Positions 17,840 to 28,001 of a stretch of DNA of 64,000 bases are shown here, one piece after another. Location of the stretch: positions 18,278 to 82,277 of the forward strand of contig JAXHVS010000055.1 of assembly GCA_034189025.1 (NCBI GenBank), in the 5' to 3' direction. This DNA is from Bacteroidota bacterium (lineage in GTDB: Bacteria; Bacteroidota; Bacteroidia; Bacteroidales; UBA12077). Each line of letters opens with the position of its first letter. Position 1 is the first letter of the stretch. A program made the position numbers and the translations under genes. The notes beneath the pieces are model-generated. The model worked only from the letters and a program-made list of their open reading frames with translations, was not told the origin of the DNA and searched no databases.

Positions 17840-19576
17840 CTAATTGTTTATTTTTTCGATCCATTTTTTTACGTCATCCTGACTGGGATTTTTTAATCCC
17901 ATTTTGTGTTTTTTATTGGTTCCGCACAACTTTTGATGCAAAGCTCCAGGATTTAAATCACGCATGCTTTCTACGGTTAAATAACCCGATTTTTGAACTA
18001 CAGGGACCCATTCTTCCGGGATTCCAATCGCTATATATTTTGCCGGTTCATCTTTTAGTACTTTTTTCTCGGGCCGCATTTGAGGAAAAAATAATACATC
18101 CTGAATGGATGGTGAATTGGTCATTATCATCGATAATCGGTCTATTCCAATGCCCAACCCTGCTGTTGGAGGCATACCGTATTCAATGGCTTTTAAGAAA
18201 TCTTCATCTAACACCATTGCTTCTTCATCGCCGCGTTTACCTAAAATTAATTGTTGCTCAAAACGCTTGCGCTGGTCAATGGGGTCGTTCAACTCCGAAT
18301 AAGCATTACAGATTTCTTTTCCATTGCAAATGGCTTCGAATCGTTCAACCAGGCCCTCTTTACTTCTATGCTTTTTAGCAAGCGGTGACATTTCTATGGG
18401 ATAATCGGTAATAAATGTGGGCTGAATAAGTTTCGACTCACATTTTTCTCCAAAAATTTCATCAATAAGTTTCCCCTTACCCATGGTTTCATCAATTTCC
18501 ACGTCAAGCTTTTTGGCTGTTTCAGCCAATTCTTTTTCATTCATTTCCGAAATATTTATACCCGTAAATTCATGAATAGCTTCAAACATAGTATATCTTT
18601 TCCAAGGGCGTTTGAAATCAATCTCATTTTCGCCAACAATTACTTTTGTTGTTCCATGAATATCGATGGCAATTTTTTCAACCATCTCTTCCACCAAATC
18701 CATCATCCAGTTGTAATCCTTATAGGCTACATAAAGCTCCATTTGGGTAAATTCCGGATTGTGGAAACGGCTCATACCTTCGTTACGAAAATCTTTGGCA
18801 AATTCGTAAACACCATCAAAACCACCAACAATTAACCGTTTTAAATACAACTCATTAGCAATACGTAAATATAAAGTTTGGTCTAAGGTGTTATGAAATG
18901 TTTTAAATGGACGCGCAGCTGCTCCTCCGTAAAGAGGTTGTAAAATAGGCGTTTCAACTTCAAGATAACCTTTGCTGTTTAAAAACGCACGCATCGAATT
19001 GGTAAGTTTCGTCCTTTTTACAAAAGCTTCTTTAGTTGAAGGATTCACAATTAAATCCAAATGACGTTGGCGATAACGTTGTTCGGCATCGGAAAATGCG
19101 TCATATACTTTGCCGTCTTTTTCTTTTACTACGGGTAGTGGCTTTATGGATTTGCTTAAAAGAGTTAGTTTTTTTGCTTGTATTGAAATTTCTCCAACTT
19201 TTGTTTTAAAGACTTTTCCTCTAATACCTATAATATCACCAATGTCTAAATGTTTTTTAAATACTACATTGTACAAAGTTTTATTTGTACTTGGGCATAA
19301 AATATCACGATTAAAATAAATTTGAATTTTTCCATCATTATCTTGTAATTCAATAAATGATGCTTTACCCATTATCCTCCTGCTCATTATTCTTCCTGCT
19401 ACCCTAATTTTTGCGTATTTATACTTTGATAATTTTTCATAATTAGAGAGAATATCTTGAGAAGTATGGGTTACTTCAAACTCTTCTGCCGGATAGGGAT
19501 TAATCCCCAACTTTCTTAATTCTTCTAATGATTGTCTGCGAATAACCTCCTGTTCGCTCAACTCTAAATTTATCAT
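17840..19576 (-). CDS. lysS: lysine--tRNA ligase (class II) with C-terminal extension
   Basis: 578 aa with an OB anticodon-binding domain, class II motifs ([14 protein letters not shown]) and about 75 extra C-terminal residues. Confidence 0.97.
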   Translation of the reverse strand: MINLELSEQEVIRRQSLEELRKLGINPYPAEEFEVTHTSQDILSNYEKLSKYKYAKIRVAGRIMSRRIMGKASFIELQDNDGKIQIYFNRDILCPSTNKTLYNVVFKKHLDIGDIIGIRGKVFKTKVGEISIQAKKLTLLSKSIKPLPVVKEKDGKVYDAFSDAEQRYRQRHLDLIVNPSTKEAFVKRTKLTNSMRAFLNSKGYLEVETPILQPLYGGAAARPFKTFHNTLDQTLYLRIANELYLKRLIVGGFDGVYEFAKDFRNEGMSRFHNPEFTQMELYVAYKDYNWMMDLVEEMVEKIAIDIHGTTKVIVGENEIDFKRPWKRYTMFEAIHEFTGINISEMNEKELAETAKKLDVEIDETMGKGKLIDEIFGEKCESKLIQPTFITDYPIEMSPLAKKHRSKEGLVERFEAICNGKEICNAYSELNDPIDQRKRFEQQLILGKRGDEEAMVLDEDFLKAIEYGMPPTAGLGIGIDRLSMIMTNSPSIQDVLFFPQMRPEKKVLKDEPAKYIAIGIPEEWVPVVQKSGYLTVESMRDLNPGALHQKLCGTNKKHKMGLKNPSQDDVKKWIEKINN

Positions 19577-19615
19577 ATAATATTTTAATATTTATTGTAT
19601 TTGTAAAAAACGGTA

Positions 19616-19623
19616 CAAAGATA
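19616..19623 (-). promoter_or_regulatory. candidate -7 promoter box (TATCTTTG) for lysS-gpsA-pgi
   Basis: Matches TAnnTTTG on the minus strand, 40 nt upstream of the lysS ATG. Confidence 0.45.
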
Positions 19624-19790
19624 TAATTAAATCGTTAATTAAATGATGTATAAATAAATCAAAATGTTAATTTAGAACAAGTTATTGATTTTATCTCTTT
19701 GTTTAAATTATAAAGTGTTGGTTTTTAGAATTCTGTCTGTGTTCTTTTTGATTTAGGAATAAATCATACCTGTTTTTATTTAGAATAATT

Positions 19791-19798
19791 TAAATTTG
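19791..19798 (+). promoter_or_regulatory. candidate -7 promoter box (TAAATTTG) for lipA-lipB
   Basis: Matches TAnnTTTG, 40 nt upstream of the ATG at 19838. It overlaps the ORF-track TTG start at 19796, which argues that TTG is not the real start. Confidence 0.45.
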
Positions 19799-19837
19799 TA
19801 TAATAATAAAATTTTGGCAGATAAATATTTTGTTATT

Positions 19838-20710
19838 ATGGATTCTGAAAGAAAAGATAGAAGAAGATTGCCACGATGGATGAAAATGCAGATGCCTAAA
19901 GGAGAATCTTATTCAAAAGTAAAAAATATTGTTGAAAAATATGATTTACATACCATTTGTACTAGTGGTAATTGCCCGAATATTGGAGAATGTTGGAATA
20001 GAGGAACAGCCACTTTTATGATTTTAGGTGAAATTTGTACTCGATCGTGTAAGTTTTGTGGTGTAAAAACAGGAAAACCTTTACCTCCCGATTGGGACGA
20101 ACCAAATAGAGTTGCCGAATCGGTTCGTTTAATGAAAGTAAAACATTGTGTTATCACTTCTGTCGATCGTGATGATTTGGCCGATGGAGGGGCTGCATTT
20201 TGGGCAGCAACGATTAGAAAAATAAAAGAAGTTAATCCAGAAACAACTATAGAAACGCTTATTCCGGATTTTGACGGACAAAAAGAGCATATTCAAAAAG
20301 TTATTGATGCTGGGCCTGAAGTTATTTCGCATAATTTAGAAACAACTGAAAGATTAACGCCGCAAATAAGAACTAAAGCACAATACAGAAGAAGCCTGGG
20401 GGTTATAGAATATATTGCCACGAAAGGAATTACGACGAAATCTGGCATTATGCTCGGACTGGGCGAAACGGAAGAAGAGATATTACAAACCATGGACGAT
20501 TTAATCGGGATGGGCTGTGAAGTTTTAACTATTGGGCAATATTTAGCTCCGTCGGCAAATCATTTGCCCGTTAAGGAATATGTTATGCCCGAAAAATTTG
20601 AACGGTATAGAGAGATAGGATTGGAAAAAGGATTCCGTTTTGTCGAAAGTAGCCCTTTGGTAAGATCTTCATATCAGGCAGAAAAACATGTAAAAAGCAA
20701 AGTTAGTTAA
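19838..20710 (+). CDS. lipA: lipoyl synthase
   Basis: Radical SAM CxxxCxxC = CTRSCKFC, plus the N-terminal auxiliary-cluster cysteines CTSGNCPNIGEC. I moved the start to the first ATG (MDSERK...). Confidence 0.95.
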   Translation: MDSERKDRRRLPRWMKMQMPKGESYSKVKNIVEKYDLHTICTSGNCPNIGECWNRGTATFMILGEICTRSCKFCGVKTGKPLPPDWDEPNRVAESVRLMKVKHCVITSVDRDDLADGGAAFWAATIRKIKEVNPETTIETLIPDFDGQKEHIQKVIDAGPEVISHNLETTERLTPQIRTKAQYRRSLGVIEYIATKGITTKSGIMLGLGETEEEILQTMDDLIGMGCEVLTIGQYLAPSANHLPVKEYVMPEKFERYREIGLEKGFRFVESSPLVRSSYQAEKHVKSKVS

Positions 20711-20711
20711 G

Positions 20712-21419
20712 ATGGGAAAAATTGATGTTCAATATATTGATTTAGGCTTGATCGATTATAAGAAAGCCTGGGATTATCAGGAAGAAATATTTGCCCATTT
20801 TTTACAAATAAAATCAAAAAACAGAGATTTGCCTGAAAATGAGCAGGTAGCCATCGAAAATAAGTTGATATTTTGTGAGCATCCGCACGTTTATACTTTA
20901 GGAAAAAGTGGTGAGCAAAACAATCTTTTAATTAGTGATGAATTTTTAAAAAAGATAAATGCCACCTATTATAAAATTAATCGTGGTGGCGACATTACAT
21001 ATCATGGGCCCGGTCAAATTGTAGGTTATCCGATTATTGATCTGGAGCGATTTAACTTGCAGGTGAAACAATATATTGCTAAATTGGAGCAATCAATAAT
21101 TCTAACGTTAAAACAATTTGGAATTAGCGCTGGAAGGTTGCCAGGTGCAACAGGTGTTTGGCTGGATGGTGATAATGCTAAGGCTCGAAAAATTTGTGCT
21201 ATAGGAGTAAAAGCAAGCCGGTTTATTACCATGCATGGATTTGCATTTAATGTTAACACCAATCTTGAATACTTTAATCACATTAATCCTTGTGGATTTG
21301 TTGATAAGGGGGTAACATCGATGGAAAAGGAGTTAGGAAGAAAGCTTGATTATAAGAAGGTAAAAGATGTTTTAAGATTAAAGATAGAAGAAGTATTTGG
21401 GATGTACCTAAAAAAGTAA
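20712..21419 (+). CDS. lipB: lipoyl(octanoyl) transferase
   Basis: 235 aa with RGGDITYHGPGQ and KICAIGV blocks typical of LipB. It begins 1 nt after the lipA stop. Confidence 0.93.
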   Translation: MGKIDVQYIDLGLIDYKKAWDYQEEIFAHFLQIKSKNRDLPENEQVAIENKLIFCEHPHVYTLGKSGEQNNLLISDEFLKKINATYYKINRGGDITYHGPGQIVGYPIIDLERFNLQVKQYIAKLEQSIILTLKQFGISAGRLPGATGVWLDGDNAKARKICAIGVKASRFITMHGFAFNVNTNLEYFNHINPCGFVDKGVTSMEKELGRKLDYKKVKDVLRLKIEEVFGMYLKK

Positions 21420-21438
21420 AAAAATATGAAAACTATAT

Positions 21439-23169
21439 ATGGAAAAAAGATGGGTATTAAAACCGCGAGGCAATGAAGAAGACGTACAAAAATTAGCTAA
21501 AGAATTAAATATTGAGCCTGTTCTGGCAAACCTTCTGGTTCAAAGGGGAATAAAAACATTTGAACAGTCTAAGGCATTTTTTCGTCCCAGCCTTGATAAT
21601 CTGTACGATCCTTTTTTAATGAAGGATATGAATCTAGCCATTGAGCGAATCGAAAAGGCTATTCATAACAACGAAAATATATTAATTTATGGGGACTATG
21701 ATGTAGATGGAACCACCTCTGTTGCATTAGTGTATACTTTCTTGAAAGAATTTTACCCAAACGTGGGCTATTATGTTCCCGATAGATATAGTGAGGGCTA
21801 CGGGGTTTCGTTGCAAGGCATACAAAATGCACTGGAAAATAAATTTTCATTAATTATTGCTTTAGACTGTGGGATAAAAGCCAACGAAAAAGTAGATTAT
21901 GCAAAAAAGCATGGGATTGATTTTATTATTTGTGATCATCACTATCCGGGAAAAGAGTTGCCTAATGCCGTTGCTGTTTTAGATTCAAAACGCAGCGATT
22001 GCAATTATCCCTTTAAAGAACTTTCTGGATGTGGTGTAGGTTTTAAGCTTATACAGGCATTTGCTCGAACAAATAATATTCCATTCGAAAAATTAATTCC
22101 GTATCTTGATTTAGTTGTTGTTAGTATAGCCTCTGATATTGTTCCGATTGTAGATGAAAATAGGATTTTAGCTTATTATGGATTAATTCAATTAAACGAA
22201 AAACCCAGACAAGGCTTAAAATCGATAATAAGTCTTGCGGGATTATCCAGAAAGACAATTAATATTGATGATATTGTATTTAAAATTGGGCCACGGATTA
22301 ATGCAGCTGGCAGGATGGAATCTGCTCATAAAGCTGTTGAGTTGTTATTATCAAAGAATTCGACAAAGGCAAAAACTGCAGCCAATAGCGTAAATTTTTT
22401 TAACGATGCCCGAAAAAATATCGATCGCCATATTACACAGGAGGCGTTAAGGATTCTTGCGAAAGAACAGGAGAGGGGAGAAAGAAAAACTACTGTTTTA
22501 TACAATCCGGATTGGCATAAAGGAGTGGTGGGTATAGTAGCATCCCGATTAATTGAAACATATTATAGGCCAACGGTAATCTTAACCGCATCGAATGGTT
22601 TGGCTACCGGTTCAGCCAGGTCGGTAATAGGATTTGATATTTACCAGGCGATTGAAGCATGTAGTGATTTGTTAGAAAATTTTGGTGGACACATGTATGC
22701 TGCCGGCTTAACTTTACAAATTGACAAAGTGGAGGAATTTCAAAAGCGGTTTGAAAATGTTGTAAGCGAAACTATTAAAGATGAACAGCTTATTCCTCAG
22801 GTAGAAATAGACGCTGAACTTAATCTTTGCCAAATTACACCCAAATTTTATCGTATTTTAAAACAATTTCAACCTTTTGGCCCTGAAAATATGGCACCGG
22901 TTTTTGTTACCCGCTATGTTGCAGATAATGGTGAAGGAAGGATTGTTGGGGTAAGTAAAGAGCACCTGAAATTATCTATTATTCAAGAAGAAGATCCATT
23001 TAGAAATTTTGCTGCTATTGCTTTTCAGCAGGCAAATCTTTATGAATATATCCATTCGGGAGACTTCTTCGATATCTGTTATTCTGTGGATGAAAATTGC
23101 TTTAGAGGGATTAGTAATTTACAATTGAATATCAAAGATATAAAAGTAAGGAAGAAACATGAAATTTAG
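21439..23169 (+). CDS. recJ: single-stranded-DNA-specific exonuclease RecJ
   Basis: 576 aa with DHH motifs (GDYDVDGTTS, DCGI, ICDHH) and a DHHA1 block (GGHMYAAG). Confidence 0.95.
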   Translation: MEKRWVLKPRGNEEDVQKLAKELNIEPVLANLLVQRGIKTFEQSKAFFRPSLDNLYDPFLMKDMNLAIERIEKAIHNNENILIYGDYDVDGTTSVALVYTFLKEFYPNVGYYVPDRYSEGYGVSLQGIQNALENKFSLIIALDCGIKANEKVDYAKKHGIDFIICDHHYPGKELPNAVAVLDSKRSDCNYPFKELSGCGVGFKLIQAFARTNNIPFEKLIPYLDLVVVSIASDIVPIVDENRILAYYGLIQLNEKPRQGLKSIISLAGLSRKTINIDDIVFKIGPRINAAGRMESAHKAVELLLSKNSTKAKTAANSVNFFNDARKNIDRHITQEALRILAKEQERGERKTTVLYNPDWHKGVVGIVASRLIETYYRPTVILTASNGLATGSARSVIGFDIYQAIEACSDLLENFGGHMYAAGLTLQIDKVEEFQKRFENVVSETIKDEQLIPQVEIDAELNLCQITPKFYRILKQFQPFGPENMAPVFVTRYVADNGEGRIVGVSKEHLKLSIIQEEDPFRNFAAIAFQQANLYEYIHSGDFFDICYSVDENCFRGISNLQLNIKDIKVRKKHEI

Positions 23170-25256
23170 AACTTAATGCGTAGCTGGGCTTTTATCTCCG
23201 ATTTTGTATTTCCGTTGATTTGATTTAATCCGGAGGAGATTACTTCTTTATCTGCATAGTATGTTTGTGAATATTTAATCCACAAATCGATAAAATCGAC
23301 AATTGTATACTTAACATTAAAATAAAAGCGGGTTCCTTTTGAGTAATAGGCAGGAATAGAAAATGCATATAAAATGTCACTTTCGTATGCATAAACCCTT
23401 GTGTTATAAGATTCAGTATCAAAAACAGCAAAACGGGTATTTAACGATAGTGGAACTTTCTTTAAATCATAAAAGATATCTTGGTAAATCATATATCCAT
23501 ATTCTGCAGGCAAACTCCCTTCCTGGTATTTTGTTGTTTCAATCCTGTTTTTAATGGCAAGTTGCTTGTTAATTTGGTAGGCTAAGTGTAAGCGTGTTTT
23601 TAAAAGTTTTTCATCTATTATCTGGTCAATTCCTGTTTCTGCATTTTGGTTTTTTTGTTTTATCTCGTTTTTTATCCGCAAGTAAATGCTGAAATTTCGG
23701 GTTGGGTTGTAATCGGTTTGTACAAACCATTCGTTGCCTTGTGATGGAGCATCTACCCCTGTTTTTAACCACAAAAACCGATAGGTGTCGAAATACGAAG
23801 TTATGGTCCAGTGTTTTATTGGATGAACTTCCAGTCCAAAATATAATCCCGATTCATTACGCACATTACTGGTTTCGCCAAAGGCATTGCTATAATTTGC
23901 CTGGTAATTTTTGTCATAATGCCTGTGTAAAACCGACATTGAAATTTGTGGAGCCAAATTGATAAGCATGCTGTTTAAAAATGCTTTCCCTCCATTTTGG
24001 CCTATGGCTTCTTCGCCAAAAAAATAAAAATCACGGATACTAAACTGGTAGTCTAGGCTGAGGTTGGCATTTTCACTTCCACGATAATTAAATTGATTTT
24101 CGGGTGTTGTATCTTTTATTAAGGTAGCTCCATATTTGTAATATACTCCAGTAACTCCCAATTTAAAACTTTTATGATTATACGAAATATTTCCTCCGGC
24201 AATTTGCTCATGAATGGCATTTTTATCTTCTAATTGAGAAGGTGTTGCATGAATTCCTGAGTTTTGAAATGATGTTACAGTAGAAATCTCATTATCAATA
24301 CTATCTTGTATATTGGCATCAATATTTTTGTAAGAGAAGAAGGCTGAAATATCAATATTTTTTATGGCAACAGTAGTTCCTACACCACGCATAAAAACAT
24401 TCTCATTAGTAGATGAGTATTTTCTCAGTCCCTGAGCTCTTTTTCTAATATTTAAAACATAGGGAGATTTTCCCATGCCAAAATCCGACCACAGAATAAG
24501 CCCTTGTCCATATTTTGCTTCAAAGTCTCCCAGCGTTATAGTTTTAAAAACGCCCATATTGTTTAGCTGCAGGTGGGCAGAATAATAATCAAAACCATTT
24601 TTATTACTGCCTATAAAAAATTCTTCACCCGGGTCTTTCTCGGCTGTAAATCCAAAATATACTTTGTCTCTGTATTGAAATTTATAGCGAGTATAAATTC
24701 TGTATGAACTTCCCAAATATCTTGAGTTAGGGCTTGCTGCCATGGCCGAATCGGAAATGGAACTATAGCCAACCTGTTCTTCCAGAACATCTTGGGCCCG
24801 AATAAAAATTTGGTTATTGCCATATTTCAGCACATTTTTAAAAGAGGTTTTACGTTCGGTAATTTCTTCAGTAACTGTTATAAAAGGTAAAATCGTTTCT
24901 ATATCATTAAAAGAAAACCCATGTACTAGCTGTAATTCATAGATGGAAACCATTTCGCCGTTTCTGGCAATATAATCTTCAAGGCTTTTGATTTGAAAAT
25001 CATTTAAGATTTGGAGTTTTTCTAATTCTTCCTGTGAAGCAGTGTTAAGATTTAAAGGATTGTATAAATAAAAGTTTAGATCATCGTATAGTGTTGTGTA
25101 GTCCAATTCTTCATCGGTTGAGCTGGCAATTTCTTCAATCAGGTCTTCTAGTGTTTGTTTAGCATAAGGTTCGGTTTGAGCAGTTACTATCTTAGTAGTT
25201 AACAGAAATAACAACATTAAAATAGTTTGATTAAATCTATTCGTTTTAAAAACCAT
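23166..25256 (-). CDS. ComEA-like helix-hairpin-helix domain fused to a predicted outer-membrane beta-barrel
   Basis: 696 aa with a signal peptide. (HhH)2-like LNTASQEELEKLQILNDFQIKSLEDYIARNGEMVSIYELQLVHGF. There are about 500 aa of alternating amphipathic strands, ending in the barrel-type C-terminus AQLRIKF. Confidence 0.8.
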   Translation of the reverse strand: MVFKTNRFNQTILMLLFLLTTKIVTAQTEPYAKQTLEDLIEEIASSTDEELDYTTLYDDLNFYLYNPLNLNTASQEELEKLQILNDFQIKSLEDYIARNGEMVSIYELQLVHGFSFNDIETILPFITVTEEITERKTSFKNVLKYGNNQIFIRAQDVLEEQVGYSSISDSAMAASPNSRYLGSSYRIYTRYKFQYRDKVYFGFTAEKDPGEEFFIGSNKNGFDYYSAHLQLNNMGVFKTITLGDFEAKYGQGLILWSDFGMGKSPYVLNIRKRAQGLRKYSSTNENVFMRGVGTTVAIKNIDISAFFSYKNIDANIQDSIDNEISTVTSFQNSGIHATPSQLEDKNAIHEQIAGGNISYNHKSFKLGVTGVYYKYGATLIKDTTPENQFNYRGSENANLSLDYQFSIRDFYFFGEEAIGQNGGKAFLNSMLINLAPQISMSVLHRHYDKNYQANYSNAFGETSNVRNESGLYFGLEVHPIKHWTITSYFDTYRFLWLKTGVDAPSQGNEWFVQTDYNPTRNFSIYLRIKNEIKQKNQNAETGIDQIIDEKLLKTRLHLAYQINKQLAIKNRIETTKYQEGSLPAEYGYMIYQDIFYDLKKVPLSLNTRFAVFDTESYNTRVYAYESDILYAFSIPAYYSKGTRFYFNVKYTIVDFIDLWIKYSQTYYADKEVISSGLNQINGNTKSEIKAQLRIKF

Positions 25257-26046
25257 AACCTATAGTAAATGATGGTGTAAAACCTAAAGTTTGATGTTTT
25301 AGGAATCCAATATGGGCATTTATATTGATGTAATGGAATCCAACTCCAAAAGAATATCTTGTCGGATTTGTAGAAACCCCTGCCTGGAGCGACACATAAT
25401 CTATTAGTTGATAATTTAACCCAGCTTTGAAAATAGCATCGTATTTAATATCTTTTTCAGTTTCAATACCCAGAAATACTTTGTCAGAAAATAAATATCC
25501 GGCACCCAGTTTAAAAATAGTTGGAATATCTTCTTTTCCGATTTTACTTCTTGATGGATTATATACATGTGCTCCGATAAATAGATTTTCAATGGGTTGT
25601 GAAAGGATACCCACCTCAAAATTTACGGCATTCGATGAACCATAATTATCGGCAATTCGTGTACTTAAATAATTGATTTGCAATCCTGCGGCAAAATATC
25701 GGGTAAATGAGCGGCCAAAGGCAAGGCCTGCCTGCATCTCATTATATTGCGAAAAACCAAAATAGGAATAGGAACCACCTATGGTTCCTGTTTTTGTAGG
25801 GAAAGCAAAACCTATTCCTTGAGTGTTTTGTTGTTTTATAAATCCCGATTGATGAAAAGCTCCTACCGAAATGTCAGTTAAATAACCTAATCCCGCCTGG
25901 TTATGGTAAACAGACCAAATATCGGTCATTGTAACAGAAGTGTTGCTCATTGCAGCAGATTTTCCTGCTTCAATGTTAATATTTTGGGCATGGGATTCAG
26001 CCAGCCAAAAAAATAAGGTTAAAAGAAATAAGTATCTAATATTCAT
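25246..26046 (-). CDS. PorQ/PorV-like outer-membrane beta-barrel protein (putative)
   Basis: Signal peptide MNIRYLFLLTLFFWLAESHAQ (start moved to this Met). N-terminal GKSAAMSNTSV..DIWSVYHNQAGLG resembles the PorV/PorQ family opening motif. C-terminal aromatic end IGYGF. Overlaps the downstream HhH-barrel gene by 11 nt. Confidence 0.7.
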   Translation of the reverse strand: MNIRYLFLLTLFFWLAESHAQNINIEAGKSAAMSNTSVTMTDIWSVYHNQAGLGYLTDISVGAFHQSGFIKQQNTQGIGFAFPTKTGTIGGSYSYFGFSQYNEMQAGLAFGRSFTRYFAAGLQINYLSTRIADNYGSSNAVNFEVGILSQPIENLFIGAHVYNPSRSKIGKEDIPTIFKLGAGYLFSDKVFLGIETEKDIKYDAIFKAGLNYQLIDYVSLQAGVSTNPTRYSFGVGFHYININAHIGFLKHQTLGFTPSFTIGYGF

Positions 26047-26163
26047 GAAATGATTTATAATCGTCATAGAGTTTTTATTTCATTCTAAAATAGGGTATGA
26101 AGATACAATTATAATTTTTTTAATTGAAATGGATGATGAAATTAATGTCTTTTCTGAAAGTAT

Positions 26164-26196
26164 AAAAAATCCGAAGTTTATAGCTTCGGATTTTTT
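26164..26196. terminator. bidirectional rho-independent terminator downstream of purE
   Basis: AAAAAATCCGAAG-tttatag-CTTCGGATTTTTT, a stem flanked by an A-run and a T-run. It lies 19 nt after the purE stop on the minus strand. Confidence 0.7.
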
Positions 26197-26214
26197 TAAT
26201 TTTTGTACAAATGG

Positions 26215-26721
26215 TTAATTAGTCTTATACTCAAATTTAACTTTCGATAATTCTTTGTTGGCTTTAACAATTTTAGTTTTTAGGTTTTCTTTATATTTCT
26301 CTAAATCCTTTTTGAGATTTTTGTCTCCGGCTGCTAATATTTGTGCTGCTAAAATACCGGCATTCTGAGCTCCGTTAATACCTACAGTAGCAACAGGTAT
26401 TCCGGGAGGCATTTGTACTATGGCTAATAATGAATCCAGGCCGTCTAACGAAGCGTTTATGGGAACTCCAATTACAGGAAGGGTTGTCATTGCAGCTATA
26501 ACACCAGGTAAATGAGCAGCCATTCCTGCACCTGCAATAATAACTTCTATTCCACGGTCTTTTGCTTCTTTGGCAAATTTTTCTACTTCTTCGGGGGTAC
26601 GATGTGCCGATAAAGCATTTATTTCGAAAGGTATTTTAAAATCGTTTAAAATTTTTGCTGCTTTTTCCATTATTGGCAGGTCTGATGTACTACCCATGAT
26701 AATACTAACTTTTGCTTTCAT
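26215..26721 (-). CDS. purE: 5-(carboxyamino)imidazole ribonucleotide mutase
   Basis: 168 aa with IIMGSTSD, SAHRTP and AGMAAHLPG motifs. Confidence 0.95.
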   Translation of the reverse strand: MKAKVSIIMGSTSDLPIMEKAAKILNDFKIPFEINALSAHRTPEEVEKFAKEAKDRGIEVIIAGAGMAAHLPGVIAAMTTLPVIGVPINASLDGLDSLLAIVQMPPGIPVATVGINGAQNAGILAAQILAAGDKNLKKDLEKYKENLKTKIVKANKELSKVKFEYKTN

Positions 26722-26877
26722 GCTAAATAGAATTTTTTAAGGCCGATTAAAATTATTTTAGAACATTAATTTGTATTTTCGCAGAATATTTTCAACGTTT
26801 ACAAAGGTAATAAATAAACGAATATTTTTATAAGAATGTTCATTCGGCTTCCTGAGCCGTAGAAAATCATTTTAGAA

Positions 26878-27417
26878 ATGAAGCAAATTAAACTAAAAGA
26901 TAAAGTTTTTGAAGTATCAATACCTTCCAAAAAAATTCAACAATCAGTAACTAAAGTTGCTCAAAAAATAAATCAGGATTATAAGGATAAGAATGTTCCA
27001 CTTTTTATTAGTATCCTTAACGGATCTTTTATGTTTACGGCCGATTTATTAAAGCAAATTGATTTTAATTGTGAAATAACATTTCTAAAACTTTCTTCTT
27101 ATCATGGAACTACCACAACAGGTAATGTGAAGCAGTTAATTGGTATTAACGAAAAAATAAGCGGTCGTGATATTATTGTTCTTGAAGATATTGTAGATAC
27201 AGGGATTACATTAGAACAAATTGTAAAAGAACTCAATAAATTTGGGGCTAATAGTGTAAAAATTACTACCTTGCTTTTAAAACCCGAAGCCTATGATAAA
27301 GATATTGCTATTGATTATGTGGGCATGGAAATTCCTAATGATTTTATTATTGGGTATGGCTTAGATTATGACGGGTTAGGAAGAAACTTACCGGATATTT
27401 ACACCTTAAAAAGTTAA
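26878..27417 (+). CDS. hpt: hypoxanthine phosphoribosyltransferase
   Basis: 179 aa with PRPP-binding loop IIVLEDIVDTGITL and C-terminal FIIGYGLDY. Confidence 0.93.
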   Translation: MKQIKLKDKVFEVSIPSKKIQQSVTKVAQKINQDYKDKNVPLFISILNGSFMFTADLLKQIDFNCEITFLKLSSYHGTTTTGNVKQLIGINEKISGRDIIVLEDIVDTGITLEQIVKELNKFGANSVKITTLLLKPEAYDKDIAIDYVGMEIPNDFIIGYGLDYDGLGRNLPDIYTLKS

Positions 27418-27425
27418 ACGCCTTT

Positions 27426-28001
27426 ATGGTAAATATTGTTTTATTTGGCCCACCGGGGGCAGGGAAAGGTACGCAATCGAAAAAAATAATCGCAAAATAC
27501 CGTTTACAACATATCTCAACCGGAGATATTTTGCGCAAGGCAATTGAAGAAAAAACACCTTTCGGAATGAAAGCTCAAAGTCATATTAATGAAGGGTATT
27601 ATGTCCCTGATGAAATGGCTGTTGATATTATTAAACATGAATTAGAAAAATATCCACAAACCGAAGGTTTTATTTTTGATGGTTTTCCACGAACCATTCC
27701 TCAGGCAACCCAGTTGGAAAATATTTTATCTGTTTTGGGATCTAAAGTTAATGTAATGATTTCGCTCGAAACCGACGAAAAAGTAATTGTTGAGCGGTTA
27801 GCTCAAAGATATCATGAGTCGGGAAGGCCTGATGATCAAAGACTAGATATTATAAAAAAAAGGATTGCTATTTATAATAGCAATACTAAAATTGTAAAAG
27901 ATTATTACAAAAAAAAGGGAAAATGCGAATCGGTTTGCGGAATTGGCGAAATTGATGTTATCTTTGATAAAATTTGTTCAATAATTGAAAGATATAAATA
28001 G
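27426..28001 (+). CDS. adk: adenylate kinase
   Basis: 191 aa with P-loop GPPGAGKGTQ, plus ISTGDILR and GFIFDGFPRT. Confidence 0.95.
   Translation: MVNIVLFGPPGAGKGTQSKKIIAKYRLQHISTGDILRKAIEEKTPFGMKAQSHINEGYYVPDEMAVDIIKHELEKYPQTEGFIFDGFPRTIPQATQLENILSVLGSKVNVMISLETDEKVIVERLAQRYHESGRPDDQRLDIIKKRIAIYNSNTKIVKDYYKKKGKCESVCGIGEIDVIFDKICSIIERYK

Noticed and set aside
26722-26877. A possible purine riboswitch or attenuator in the purE/hpt divergent region, including the CGGCT-tcctg-AGCCG hairpin at 26845-26859.
   Set aside because: The region lacks the conserved purine-riboswitch junction words (such as GUUUCUACC-like or UAUAAU...GACUAU) and any three-way junction. It holds only a 5-bp hairpin, which is too little to support a call.
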